Below are positions 45,111-53,587 of a stretch of DNA of 54,288 nt, one piece after another; the stretch's first letter is position 1, and each line of letters starts with the position of its first letter. The notes beneath the pieces were generated by a model. The model saw only the letters and a program-made list of their open reading frames with translations, searched no databases and was not told the origin of the DNA. The position numbers and the translations under genes are program-made. This DNA is from Minisyncoccota bacterium (lineage in GTDB: Bacteria > Patescibacteriota > Minisyncoccia > Phycocordibacterales > Zambryskibacteraceae), in NCBI GenBank assembly GCA_025450175.1, contig JANWHY010000008.1:1-54288 (forward strand), in the 5' to 3' direction.

Positions 45111-45495
45111 CCCTCTTATTATACATCGTGTCTATAAAACTTTTAAGAATTAGAGCCGCCGCAGAGGCATCGGTCATCTCTGTATTGCCTTGCAACTGCC
45201 TAGCTTCACGCGTTGTCAAAACTTCTGGATGTAAGAGAGTGTCGACGCCACGCTCTTCCAAACTCTTTTTAAACTCTTCGATTTTGACTTGAATAGGATT
45301 GGGTTTGCCTCTTAGGTTGTTGGACTCCCCTATAACCACTTGCTCTATATTATTGTCATCTTTGAAGGCAACCACCTTATCGACAAGCTTACCGTCGTTG
45401 TCTAACACCATACGAGGCAGAGCGAAGCGGCCGCTCTCATCTGTAGAGGCAATGCCGACTCTCTTGGAGCCATAATCTATAGCCATAATTCTCAT
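45103..45495 (-). CDS. ruvX: Holliday junction resolvase-like nuclease RuvX/YqgF
   Basis: IMAIDYGSKRVGIASTDE...P and a C-terminal TDASAAALILKSF. Confidence 0.88.
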   Translation of the reverse strand: MRIMAIDYGSKRVGIASTDESGRFALPRMVLDNDGKLVDKVVAFKDDNNIEQVVIGESNNLRGKPNPIQVKIEEFKKSLEERGVDTLLHPEVLTTREARQLQGNTEMTDASAAALILKSFIDTMYNKRDE

Positions 45496-45520
45496 ATATC
45501 AATTATAGTATAATTGATAT

Positions 45521-45769
45521 ATGACTCTCATGACTAAGGAATTTATAAACTATCTTCCCAATGTATTGGTGCACCCTCTTGTTATTGCAGTAGTACTCGT
45601 TTGGTCTCTTATCTGGAAAGGCTTAGGTCTATGGAAGGCCGCGGGTCTGAGACAGAAGTACTGGTTCCTCGCGATCCTCATCGTCAACAGCTTCGGTATT
45701 CTCGAGATCGTCTACCTCCTCACCGTTGCACCGAAGTATAAGGTTGAAGTCGTCGAGAAAAGTGAGTAG
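45521..45769 (+). CDS. Small two-TM membrane protein
   Basis: 82 aa with LVIAVVLVWSLIWKGLGLWKAA..KYWFLAILIVNSFGILEIVYLL. Confidence 0.55.
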   Translation: MTLMTKEFINYLPNVLVHPLVIAVVLVWSLIWKGLGLWKAAGLRQKYWFLAILIVNSFGILEIVYLLTVAPKYKVEVVEKSE

Positions 45770-45779
45770 AGTAGGCGTT

Positions 45780-45864
45780 GGAGGAGTCGCATAGTGGTTT
45801 AGTGCACCGGTCTTGAAAACCGGAGTCCTGCAAGGGACCGTGAGTTCGAATCTCACCTCCTCCG
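45780..45864 (+). tRNA. tRNA-Ser (UGA)
   Basis: ggaggag...ccggt-ctTGAaa-accgg with a long variable arm, gtgag-ttcgaat-ctcac and ctcctcc-g. Confidence 0.92.
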
Positions 45865-45877
45865 CAAATATAATAAA

Positions 45878-46204
45878 ATGATAAATATCGAAGATTTCGT
45901 AAGGGTTGAGATAAAGATTGGCAAGATTATCTCTGCTGAGAAGGTCGAGGGCTCAGAGAAGCTCCTCAAACTCTCTGTAGATTTCGCCGAAGCATCCCCT
46001 CGGCAAGTTATATCTGGGATTGCGAAGTCTTATCCAGAACCAGAAGTTCTTGTAGGAAGAAGTGCTTCTTTCGTAACAAACCTTGAACCACGGAAGATCA
46101 TGGATCTAGAGAGTCAAGCTATGATCATGGCCGCAGACAATGATGGAATGCCCGTTATCCTCACACCAGAGAAAGAGGTGTCACCAGGAAGTTCGGTAAA
46201 GTAG
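45878..46204 (+). CDS. Stand-alone tRNA-binding domain protein (Trbp111/CsaA/EMAP-like OB fold)
   Basis: FVRVEIKIGKIISAEKVEGSEKLLKLSVDF......VISGIAKSY.PE.LVGRSASFVTNLEPRKIM. The protein is 108 aa. Confidence 0.82.
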   Translation: MINIEDFVRVEIKIGKIISAEKVEGSEKLLKLSVDFAEASPRQVISGIAKSYPEPEVLVGRSASFVTNLEPRKIMDLESQAMIMAADNDGMPVILTPEKEVSPGSSVK

Positions 46205-46217
46205 TATAATTTTGTTA

Positions 46218-46685
46218 ATGCCAAAACCTTTTAGAATTGAGTGGGATGCTCATGAGTATGAGCATAAGCAGAGGAACAGAGATTGGTTCTGGGCTGTGGG
46301 TATCATGTCTGTAGCTCTCGCGGTAGTGGCTATCATCTTCGGCAATATTATATTGGCGCTCCTAATACTCGTAGGAGCCTTCTCCCTCTCCCTCTTCATT
46401 AATAGACCTCCAGAACATGTACACGTAGTAGTAGATGAGAGAGGAGTCACTCGTGGCAAAACTCATTACCCCTATGAGACTCTAAAATATTTCTGGATCG
46501 ATCACCTACACTCTCATCCTAAGATCATTCTTCGCTCTAAGAAAATGTTTATGCCTCTAATAGTGATCCCCCTTGATGTAGAAGCTAATCTTGATGTTAT
46601 TCATACAGCTCTAAGCGGAGTCTTGGAAGAAGAGTTCCACTCCTTACCTTTCGTAGAAAAAATCCTCGAGTATCTAGGGTTCTAA
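46218..46685 (+). CDS. Hypothetical two-TM membrane protein with a soluble C-terminal domain
   Basis: 155 aa counting from the ATG at 46218, with WFWAVGIMSVALAVVAIIFGNIILALLILVGAFSLSLF. No known motif was found. Confidence 0.55.
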   Translation: MPKPFRIEWDAHEYEHKQRNRDWFWAVGIMSVALAVVAIIFGNIILALLILVGAFSLSLFINRPPEHVHVVVDERGVTRGKTHYPYETLKYFWIDHLHSHPKIILRSKKMFMPLIVIPLDVEANLDVIHTALSGVLEEEFHSLPFVEKILEYLGF

Positions 46686-46687
46686 AG

Positions 46688-46759
46688 TGCTCCCAGTAGG
46701 AATCGAACCTACATTTTAACTTCCGCAAAGTTATGTCCTATCCATTGAACGATGGGAGC
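46688..46759 (-). tRNA. tRNA-Arg (GCG)
   Basis: gctccca-tc-gttc-aatggata-ggac-a-taact-ttGCGga-agtta-aaat-gtagg-ttcgatt-cctac-tgggagc-a. The architecture is the same as tRNA-Arg(UCU) at 42665. Confidence 0.85.
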
Positions 46760-46774
46760 AGAAACAAATACAGC

Positions 46775-47035
46775 TTAAGCCTTTTTAATTAATTTAGAAA
46801 GACGAGACTTGCGGCGGCTAGCTGTATTCTTCTTAATAGTTTTCTCCTTTACGGCCTTGTCGAGAGCCTTCTGGACAGCGCGTATAAGAGTCTCAGCTTC
46901 CTTGGCCTTACCTTCGGCAGCAAGCTTCTTGAAAGATTTTATGTTTTTAGAAATATTGTCCTTGCGTCGCAAGTTGAATGTGCGCCTTCGGAGAGAGGCG
47001 CGATGAGCCTTTTTTGCATTCTGTGTAATTGCCAT
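46775..47035 (-). CDS. rpsT: 30S ribosomal protein S20
   Basis: An 86-aa basic helical protein: NAKKAHRASLRRRTFNLRRKD... Confidence 0.9.
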   Translation of the reverse strand: MAITQNAKKAHRASLRRRTFNLRRKDNISKNIKSFKKLAAEGKAKEAETLIRAVQKALDKAVKEKTIKKNTASRRKSRLSKLIKKA

Positions 47036-47061
47036 GGGAGAGATGCTACACTAATGACACC

Positions 47062-47649
47062 ATGATTTCAAGCCTTTCGGGAACGGTGAGACAGAAGGAT
47101 TTGAACACTCTAGTCGTAGACGTCGGGGGTGTCGGTTATAAGGTCCTGGTCTCTACCGATACCGCTCTCGAGGCTACTCCAAGCTCCCCTATCTTCCTCT
47201 GGACTCATATGGTCGTGAGAGAGAACGCGATAGAGCTCTTCGGCTTCCTCGACCGAGAGTCACTTGAGACCTTCGAGCTCCTCATCACTATCTCTGGTAT
47301 TGGCCCGCGTACTGCCTTGAATATTTTGAACGTGGCCTCTACTGCAATGCTGCGCCAAGCTGTAGCGAGCGAAGACACAAGCTACCTCACTCGAGTCTCC
47401 GGCATTGGCAAGAAGAATGCCGAGAAGATCGTGCTCGAACTCAAAGATAAGTTGAAGGGAGCGAAGGGAGATATATCTCTAAGCTCTGCCCATGCCAAGG
47501 CCGAAGGCGATGCCCTCGAGGCCCTAGTATCTCTCGGCTACAGCGAGCGCGATGCCCGCGACGCCCTTAAAAAAGTTCCCAAGGATGTTGTCAGCGCCTC
47601 CGAACGTGTGAAGGCGGCTCTGAAGCTTCTATCTACTAGTAGAGATTAG
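47062..47649 (+). CDS. ruvA: Holliday junction DNA helicase subunit RuvA
   Basis: MISSLSGTV..LVVDVGGVGYKVLVS, HhH motifs (ISGIGPRTALNIL, VSGIGKKNAEKIVLELK) and a C-terminal domain III. Confidence 0.92.
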   Translation: MISSLSGTVRQKDLNTLVVDVGGVGYKVLVSTDTALEATPSSPIFLWTHMVVRENAIELFGFLDRESLETFELLITISGIGPRTALNILNVASTAMLRQAVASEDTSYLTRVSGIGKKNAEKIVLELKDKLKGAKGDISLSSAHAKAEGDALEALVSLGYSERDARDALKKVPKDVVSASERVKAALKLLSTSRD

Positions 47650-48275
47650 TACAACAATTTACTTTTATAAATTCTTCTTCCAGCAAGAGCCAGAATTTTA
47701 TCTTTTCCTAATAATCCGTACGCGATTGCCCTGTGATTTCCATCATCTATATCATATTTACACTTGCTATATAGTTTCTTCTCAGAAGATTTAATAAGTT
47801 TATGATGCCGAATAACCCCATCTTCCATAACAACAATCGGGATATGCTTAGTAATTAATTCTGCGTATTTCATCATCTCTTCTATGTACAAAATTCTGCT
47901 TGTTTTGAGTGTTAATTTATTTTTGTCTTCAAGATAAGGTTTTATAAATGTAACTGTATCCAAAACACATCCCGTAGTAGCTTCTATAGGTAAACCTCCC
48001 ATCTTAGGCCACACTCCACAATCCTTTAGTTCAACTTCTTTCAACTCCCAACTCGAATTAAAATAGTTGTCATATCTTGGATGCCAGTTATCTAGATGGT
48101 ATCTCAATAATTTTTCTTTTGAAATTTTATTCGCTTTGGTTACAACCTTTTTAATTTCAGTTTCAATATTAATACTCCTATCTTTTTCCACCGCCTTAAA
48201 TACATCCCCCAATAATTCATTACCTATATAAAACGCTCGTATCGCATCCAGCGCAGTGACCTTTTTATTTTCCAT
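47646..48275 (-). CDS. Hypothetical protein with a C-terminal ParB/Srx-like (DGNHR) domain
   Basis: PIVVMEDG...YDIDDGNHRAIAYGLLGKDKILA matches the ParB-like nuclease domain pattern. The gene is very AT-rich. The ATG at 48275 is preferred over the TTG at 48290. Its stop overlaps the ruvA stop (TTAG). Confidence 0.6.
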   Translation of the reverse strand: MENKKVTALDAIRAFYIGNELLGDVFKAVEKDRSINIETEIKKVVTKANKISKEKLLRYHLDNWHPRYDNYFNSSWELKEVELKDCGVWPKMGGLPIEATTGCVLDTVTFIKPYLEDKNKLTLKTSRILYIEEMMKYAELITKHIPIVVMEDGVIRHHKLIKSSEKKLYSKCKYDIDDGNHRAIAYGLLGKDKILALAGRRIYKSKLLY

Positions 48276-48281
48276 ACCTAA

Positions 48282-48289
48282 ATTATACA
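48282..48289 (-). promoter_or_regulatory. Extended -10 box TGTATAAT, 6 nt upstream of the ATG
   Basis: The minus strand reads ...cttTGTATAATttaggtATG, directly after the 48292-48319 hairpin. Confidence 0.4.
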
Positions 48290-48291
48290 AG

Positions 48292-48319
48292 AAAGGTGCG
48301 CCACATGTGGCGCACCTTT
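48292..48319 (-). terminator. Palindromic hairpin terminator
   Basis: aaaggtgcgccacatgtggcgcaccttt is a perfect 28-nt palindrome between two same-strand genes. Confidence 0.65.
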
Positions 48320-48330
48320 AAAAGAGTTCC

Positions 48331-48768
48331 TTAAGGCACGAGGTAGGCAATCCCTCGGTCATTCGGCATCTGAATTATGGAACCCATAAGACTGAAGCCA
48401 GCAAGCTTCTTCCCACCACCATCTCGACAAAGACCTAGAACCCAAGGTCTATTGTCATAGAGAATGACAGGAGCATGCCTGACGAGAAGAATAGTGACGT
48501 CGTGTTTGGCCATAAGCTCGTCAGTAACACACTCTCGCAGAAGAGCACCAAACTCGATAGGCGGATACGGAAGCCCAGTGTTGAAATCTTCTTTTCCGAT
48601 CATCACAGAGTCGTATCGAACGCCCGTGGTTGCTCGAAAGTCCTCACTAAGTAAAATCTTTCGCGCATGTGTTCCAACCGTAAAGCCCTTTACCTCAAGA
48701 CTTTGGATGAAGGCCTTTCCACTTCGCTCGTCCGAAATTACTGCAGGGAGAGTCACTCTCATACACAC
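48331..48768 (-). CDS. Hypothetical protein, no recognisable motif
   Basis: A 145-aa ORF with normal composition, flanked by a terminator and a divergent intergenic region. No homology was recognised by eye. Confidence 0.5.
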   Translation of the reverse strand: MCMRVTLPAVISDERSGKAFIQSLEVKGFTVGTHARKILLSEDFRATTGVRYDSVMIGKEDFNTGLPYPPIEFGALLRECVTDELMAKHDVTILLVRHAPVILYDNRPWVLGLCRDGGGKKLAGFSLMGSIIQMPNDRGIAYLVP

Positions 48769-48844
48769 CTCTATTTTTTATTATATCACATTTAATATAA
48801 ATAATCAATAGATTGAAATCACTCATGAATGCTACGCTTTTTCT

Positions 48845-49747
48845 ATGCCTGAACTGCCGGAGGTAGAAAATCTTAGACTTGGTCTTGAGAGGAATATTGT
48901 AGGACAGAAAGTACTGCGGGTAGAAGTGCGCAAACCTAAACTTGTTTCTGGTAAGGGCAATGTCCGCACAGCTTCGAATAAGAAGGCTCGTGAGTTTGAA
49001 GAGGGTCTCAAGAATGAGCACATTTGGGCAGTAGAGCGTAGAGCCAAGAACCTTATCTTCCGATTCGTAAGCGGCAAGGTAATGCTAGTCCACCTCAAGA
49101 TGTCCGGCCAGTTCGTATATCAAGCTAAAGATAGAAAGGGGGAGAAGATTATTGGTGGCCATCCAATCGAGATTTCAGAAAGTGTATTGCCCAACAAACA
49201 TACTCATATCATTTTCGATCTTGAGAAGGGTACTCTCTACTACAACGACACTCGCATGTTCGGCTATCTCCTCTACTACCCTACCGTAGAGATGTTCGAG
49301 AAAGCTAACCACTTCGAACTTTATGGTCTTGAGCCATTCGATCCCCAATTTACTTTGAAGTATCTCTTAGAATCTCTCAAGAATAAGAAGAGTAAGATCA
49401 AGGCAGTGCTTATGAACCAAGAGATCGTCGTGGGTCTCGGTAATATTTATGCAGACGAAAGCCTTTTTGAAGCAAGGATTAGACCTATGCGCCCCGCCCT
49501 ATCTCTCGGACCTACTGAGGTCGAGAACTTATATAAAGCAATTTTGCGGATCATGAAAAGGGCGGTAAAGGTAGGTGGTTCTTCAGTAGCCACATACCGA
49601 TTACTCGACGAAACCCGCGGCAACTATGCTCGAGAACATAAAGTATATGGTAAAGAGGACCAACCTTGCCCCAATTGTGGTAAACCTCTGGTTAAAACCA
49701 TCATACAAAGTCGCACCACCATCTTCTGCCCTAATTGTCAGAAATAA
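48845..49747 (+). CDS. mutM: Formamidopyrimidine-DNA glycosylase (Fpg/MutM)
   Basis: An N-terminal MPELPEVE, an H2TH region and a C-terminal zinc finger, CPNCGKPL...IFCPNCQ. Confidence 0.93.
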   Translation: MPELPEVENLRLGLERNIVGQKVLRVEVRKPKLVSGKGNVRTASNKKAREFEEGLKNEHIWAVERRAKNLIFRFVSGKVMLVHLKMSGQFVYQAKDRKGEKIIGGHPIEISESVLPNKHTHIIFDLEKGTLYYNDTRMFGYLLYYPTVEMFEKANHFELYGLEPFDPQFTLKYLLESLKNKKSKIKAVLMNQEIVVGLGNIYADESLFEARIRPMRPALSLGPTEVENLYKAILRIMKRAVKVGGSSVATYRLLDETRGNYAREHKVYGKEDQPCPNCGKPLVKTIIQSRTTIFCPNCQK

Positions 49748-49752
49748 ATATT

Positions 49753-50235
49753 ATGAAAGATCGAACCTCAGTACTAATCTTAGAAAATCTACGGAGTGTA
49801 GAGAACACTGCGTCTATCTTTCGCACAGCAGATGGCTTCGGAGTTTCGAAGATTTACCTTATAGGCACTACTCCTGCCCCACTCGATCGCTTCGGTCGAG
49901 AGAGGAAGGATTTCGCCAAAGTTTCTTTAGGGGCAGAGAAAACTGTTCCATGGCAATATGAAAAAAATATTTTGCCCGTCATTACCGAACTTAAAGATCA
50001 GGGATTCCAAGTTATCTCACTCGAGCAAGACCCTCGCGCGCAAAGATTAAAAGAATTTAAGCCTCAAGATAAGCTTGCTCTTATCGTTGGCAGTGAGACA
50101 GAGGGAGTATCTAAAGAAGCTCTTGAAGCTAGCGAAGTTATAGTAGAGATCCCAATGGAAGGCATGAAGGAGTCCCTCAATGTCTCGGTCGCCGCAGGCG
50201 TAGCGATGTATATGCTAATATATAAAAATGCTTAA
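49753..50235 (+). CDS. SpoU/TrmH-family RNA 2'-O-methyltransferase
   Basis: ENLRSVENTASIFRTADGFG, LIVGSETEGVS and IPMEGMKESLNVSVAAGVAMY motifs. The ATG at 49753 is preferred over the TTG at 49735. Confidence 0.85.
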   Translation: MKDRTSVLILENLRSVENTASIFRTADGFGVSKIYLIGTTPAPLDRFGRERKDFAKVSLGAEKTVPWQYEKNILPVITELKDQGFQVISLEQDPRAQRLKEFKPQDKLALIVGSETEGVSKEALEASEVIVEIPMEGMKESLNVSVAAGVAMYMLIYKNA

Positions 50236-50632
50236 CCCCTTCCCAGAACTCTTAGCCCTCTCACTTCTCGGCCCCTTCCTCTTGCGAGTGGTCTTGGGTC
50301 TCATCTTCATCGACCTTGGTTTCTTGAAGCTCCGAGGTGAGAAAGAGCGCTGGATGAGCTTGTTTGAGACTCTTGGTCTACGCCCGACCACCCTCTTCGT
50401 ACCTATATATGCAATTCTCGAAATTGCCGGTGGAATCCTCTTGATTATCGGCCTTTGGACTCAGATAGCTTCACTCGCCTTTGCTATCTTTACCGGCATT
50501 GAGCTCGCTGTAGAATGGCGCGACCGCGCACTACTCAAACGCGACCTTGTCTTCTACCTTCTTATACTTGTGATATCTGTTTCTCTACTACTTACTGGCG
50601 CCGGCGCCTACGCAATAGACATCCCACTCTAA
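50228..50632 (+). CDS. DoxX-family membrane protein
   Basis: 134 aa with 4 TM segments and LLRVVLGLIFIDLGFLKL... Confidence 0.7.
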   Translation: MLNPFPELLALSLLGPFLLRVVLGLIFIDLGFLKLRGEKERWMSLFETLGLRPTTLFVPIYAILEIAGGILLIIGLWTQIASLAFAIFTGIELAVEWRDRALLKRDLVFYLLILVISVSLLLTGAGAYAIDIPL

Positions 50633-50653
50633 GAATTGTAATCTTTTAGAATT

Positions 50654-50726
50654 CCCCTCATAGCTCAGCCGGTAGAGCAGCTCCCTTTTAAGGAGAAGGT
50701 CCCAGGTTCGATTCCTGGTGGGGGGA
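50654..50726 (+). tRNA. tRNA-Lys (UUU)
   Basis: cccctca-ta-gctc-agccggta-gagc-a-gctcc-ctTTTaa-ggaga-aggtc-ccagg-ttcgatt-cctgg-tgggggg-a. The acceptor stem begins with a C1:G72 pair. Confidence 0.88.
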
Positions 50727-51176
50727 CTAGAGTTTTAAAAGAATTTTTTCGATCAGCGTCTCTATTTCTCCCTTACCTTGGCGGGCCAATAGATAACCTT
50801 CGACCAATTGTTGCGAAAGGTCTTCTAACTCCTCAAGTTTAAAATTTTTCAGATAACCTTTTGCCTTATTATAAGGAAAGGGCTTCATATCGGTCTCCCC
50901 GACACTCTTCGTTTTAGCTGCTAAGAGTAGAGACTTCACCTGCCAGACAAGCTTAAAGAATATTTCGTCCGCTACAAGCCCAGCCGCAAGCGCTTCTTGG
51001 TATATGATCCAAGCTCGCTTCTTATCTCGCGCGCCTAAGGCATCGGTAAGAGCGAAGATGTTGAACTCTCGACCCTTCTTGTCGAAGAGAGGTTTCTCTT
51101 CCTCATCTTCTTCGGCGAGAAGATCAATATCCACTACCTGCCCAAACAAATCTTTGTGGTAAAACTCTTCTGTCAT
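50727..51176 (-). CDS. holA: DNA polymerase III delta subunit-like protein (C-terminal domain only)
   Basis: FALTDALGARDKKRAWIIYQEAL..GLVADEIFFKLVWQVKSLLL matches HolA domain III. It is 149 aa from the ATG at 51176, which forms an ATGA overlap with the polA stop. Confidence 0.5.
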   Translation of the reverse strand: MTEEFYHKDLFGQVVDIDLLAEEDEEEKPLFDKKGREFNIFALTDALGARDKKRAWIIYQEALAAGLVADEIFFKLVWQVKSLLLAAKTKSVGETDMKPFPYNKAKGYLKNFKLEELEDLSQQLVEGYLLARQGKGEIETLIEKILLKL

Positions 51177-53587
51177 ATTCTTCTCATCTCTCCCCAATTC
51201 TCACCAACTTCTGCTTGAGCAATAATAGGCACCCCACGAGTTTTGTCTTCTGGATATACACTCCCCATTATCTTTTTAAATTCTTTGGCAAGCTTTAGTA
51301 CTAGAGCATCTTCTACCTCATACACCAACTCATCGTGCACCTGGAGGATGAGACGCGCCTTTTCAGATATCTTCTCGCTCTTTATATACTCATCAATCTT
51401 TTTCATAGCAATCTTTATGAGGTCAGCTTGAGTACCTTGCATAGGCGCATTGATAGCCATCCTCTCTGCTTGGGCACGAACATATGGTAGCGGAGAGTTG
51501 AAGCCAGCGAAGTAGCGGCGACGACCAAACACAGTCTCGGTATAACCTTTTTTCTCTGCATCCTTTTTTACCTCTTCGAGATACTTCGCAAGTCCGGTAA
51601 AGGTTTCGAAATATTGGTTATAGAACTCTTGTGCCTCTTTCCTATCTACACCAAGATTTGCCTTGAGTGCATTCACCCCCATACCGTAGAGGATACCGAA
51701 GTTGATGGTCTTGGCCTTGATGCGCATACCCTTATCTACCTCTTTCTCCCCGACCTTAAACACGCGCATCGCCACTCCAGAGTGGACATCCTCCCCATTT
51801 TTAAATATTTCAATCAATTTTTTATCACCCGAGAGTATCGCGGCGATACGTAACTCGATCTGGGAGTAGTCGAGGGCGAGAAGTTTAAAACCTTTTTCTG
51901 GTACAAAGGCGTGGCGTATGGCGCGTCCAAGTGGAGTCTTGTTGGGAATGTTTTGGAGATTGGGATTGTTCGAGGCCATACGACCAGTGGCCGCTCCGGT
52001 GAGGATGAAGGTGGAGTGCAAGCGGGAGTGCTTATCGAGCAGAGGCGGGATCGCATCTATATAAGTAGAGAGGAGCTTAGAGAGTTCGCGATACTCCAAG
52101 ACAGAACCGATGATAGGGTGCTTATCGCGAAGCTTCTCGAGCTCCGACTCCTTGGTCGAGAGAGCTCCAGTGGGAGTCTTCTTCTGGTTCTTACCTGCAA
52201 GACCGAGCTTACTAAAAAGTATTTCTGACAAAACTTTTGGAGAATTTATATTAAATTCTTCTCCCGCCTCCTTCCAGATCTTCTTCTCCAAGCTCGCGAG
52301 CTCCTTGTGATACTCCTTACCTAGGGCCTCCAGGTTCTTCTTATCGATCTTGACCCCGCGCTCATTCATCACCTCGACTATAGGCAGAGCTGGTTTCTCG
52401 ATATCTTCAAAAACTTTCCTCACTTTGCGCTTATCAAGCTCTTTCTCCAAGACCTTGCGTGCCTCATCTGGCGTCTTCGTCTTAGTAAAGCGAAGAACAT
52501 CTTCGAGTGTAGGGTTAGTCTTATTGGAATCCACCACCCAGAGCATTAACCCAAGCTCCTTCTCTTCCGGAGAAGAAGTCTCTTTTTTTGCGGCGAAAGT
52601 GGGCACAATTCCGTCCGGCGTCGGAGCCCGGCCAGGCCGGGTAAAGACGGCGGAATTCGTCCCACTTGAGCCGCTATCGCCCAAAAGCTTCCTCACTCGA
52701 TCCCCCATCGTCCTAAACTCAAGCTCTTCGAAGAGGTTAAGCAACTTTTCTATATCAATATTTTCTCGCCAACTTTCTGGTAAGGAGAAGTTGATAGGAG
52801 CATCGACGCGAATTGTAGCTAGAGTTTTCGAGAAGAGTGCCTCCTCCTCATTCTCTTTCAATATCTCTATCATACGATCAGAGATTCCCACCGACTTAAG
52901 CTTCTCGGGATTCTTCTTCAATACTTTATAAATTTCTTCTATAGTGCCGAACTCTTGAACAAGGGTAGTAGCTGTCTTCTCCCCAATACCTTTTACTCCG
53001 GCAATGTTGTCTGAAGGGTCACCACGAAGACCTTTGTAATCGATAAGGACTTTCGGCGCGAAGCCGTATCGCTCTAAAACTTTTTTCTCATCATAAGTAA
53101 CAGTGTCGGTGAGACCCTTGCGCAAAGTGTAGACTTGCACCAACTTACCATCGACAAGCTGCAGAGTATCCATATCGCCGGAAGCAATAATAATTTCTAA
53201 CTTAGAGCTTTTAGCCTCTTCTACAATAGTGCCGATAACATCGTCAGCCTCGAAGCCCGGGCAGGAATATATTGGAATACCAAAAGCTCGGATCACATCC
53301 TTGGCTCGCTCGAGTTGCGTAACAAGAGCATCCTCGGTCTTTACTCTCGTCGCTTTGTAAGTTTCGGCTGCTTCGTGACGAAAAGTAGGCCCAGGTAGAT
53401 CGATAGCGGCAACAATGTAATCTGGTTTAAGATCGTTAATGAGTTTTATGAGCATTGCTGAGAGACCGTAGAGAGCACCAGTCGGCTCGCCTTGGGCTGT
53501 CGCAAATTCTGGCAGAGCATGATACGCACGATGGATGATAGCGTGAGAATCAAGAAGAACTAATTTTTTAACTTCTTTACTTTTCAT
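51173..53587 (-). CDS. polA: DNA polymerase I
   Basis: A 5'-3' exonuclease N-terminus (LLDSHAIIHRAYHAL, GDPSDNIAGVKGIGEKTA) and family A polymerase motifs (DYSQIELR, RIKAKTINFGILYGM, LQVHDELV). The start is the ATG at 53587. Confidence 0.93.
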   Translation of the reverse strand: MKSKEVKKLVLLDSHAIIHRAYHALPEFATAQGEPTGALYGLSAMLIKLINDLKPDYIVAAIDLPGPTFRHEAAETYKATRVKTEDALVTQLERAKDVIRAFGIPIYSCPGFEADDVIGTIVEEAKSSKLEIIIASGDMDTLQLVDGKLVQVYTLRKGLTDTVTYDEKKVLERYGFAPKVLIDYKGLRGDPSDNIAGVKGIGEKTATTLVQEFGTIEEIYKVLKKNPEKLKSVGISDRMIEILKENEEEALFSKTLATIRVDAPINFSLPESWRENIDIEKLLNLFEELEFRTMGDRVRKLLGDSGSSGTNSAVFTRPGRAPTPDGIVPTFAAKKETSSPEEKELGLMLWVVDSNKTNPTLEDVLRFTKTKTPDEARKVLEKELDKRKVRKVFEDIEKPALPIVEVMNERGVKIDKKNLEALGKEYHKELASLEKKIWKEAGEEFNINSPKVLSEILFSKLGLAGKNQKKTPTGALSTKESELEKLRDKHPIIGSVLEYRELSKLLSTYIDAIPPLLDKHSRLHSTFILTGAATGRMASNNPNLQNIPNKTPLGRAIRHAFVPEKGFKLLALDYSQIELRIAAILSGDKKLIEIFKNGEDVHSGVAMRVFKVGEKEVDKGMRIKAKTINFGILYGMGVNALKANLGVDRKEAQEFYNQYFETFTGLAKYLEEVKKDAEKKGYTETVFGRRRYFAGFNSPLPYVRAQAERMAINAPMQGTQADLIKIAMKKIDEYIKSEKISEKARLILQVHDELVYEVEDALVLKLAKEFKKIMGSVYPEDKTRGVPIIAQAEVGENWGEMRRI

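Noticed and set aside
52350-52931. 193-aa Ser-rich plus-strand ORF inside polA. The same applies to the antisense ORFs in ftsK (8360-9731), ileS (22917-24289) and the surface-protein genes.
   Set aside because: These are shadow ORFs opposite strongly supported genes. They arise from codon bias on the coding strand and show no start signals or motifs.
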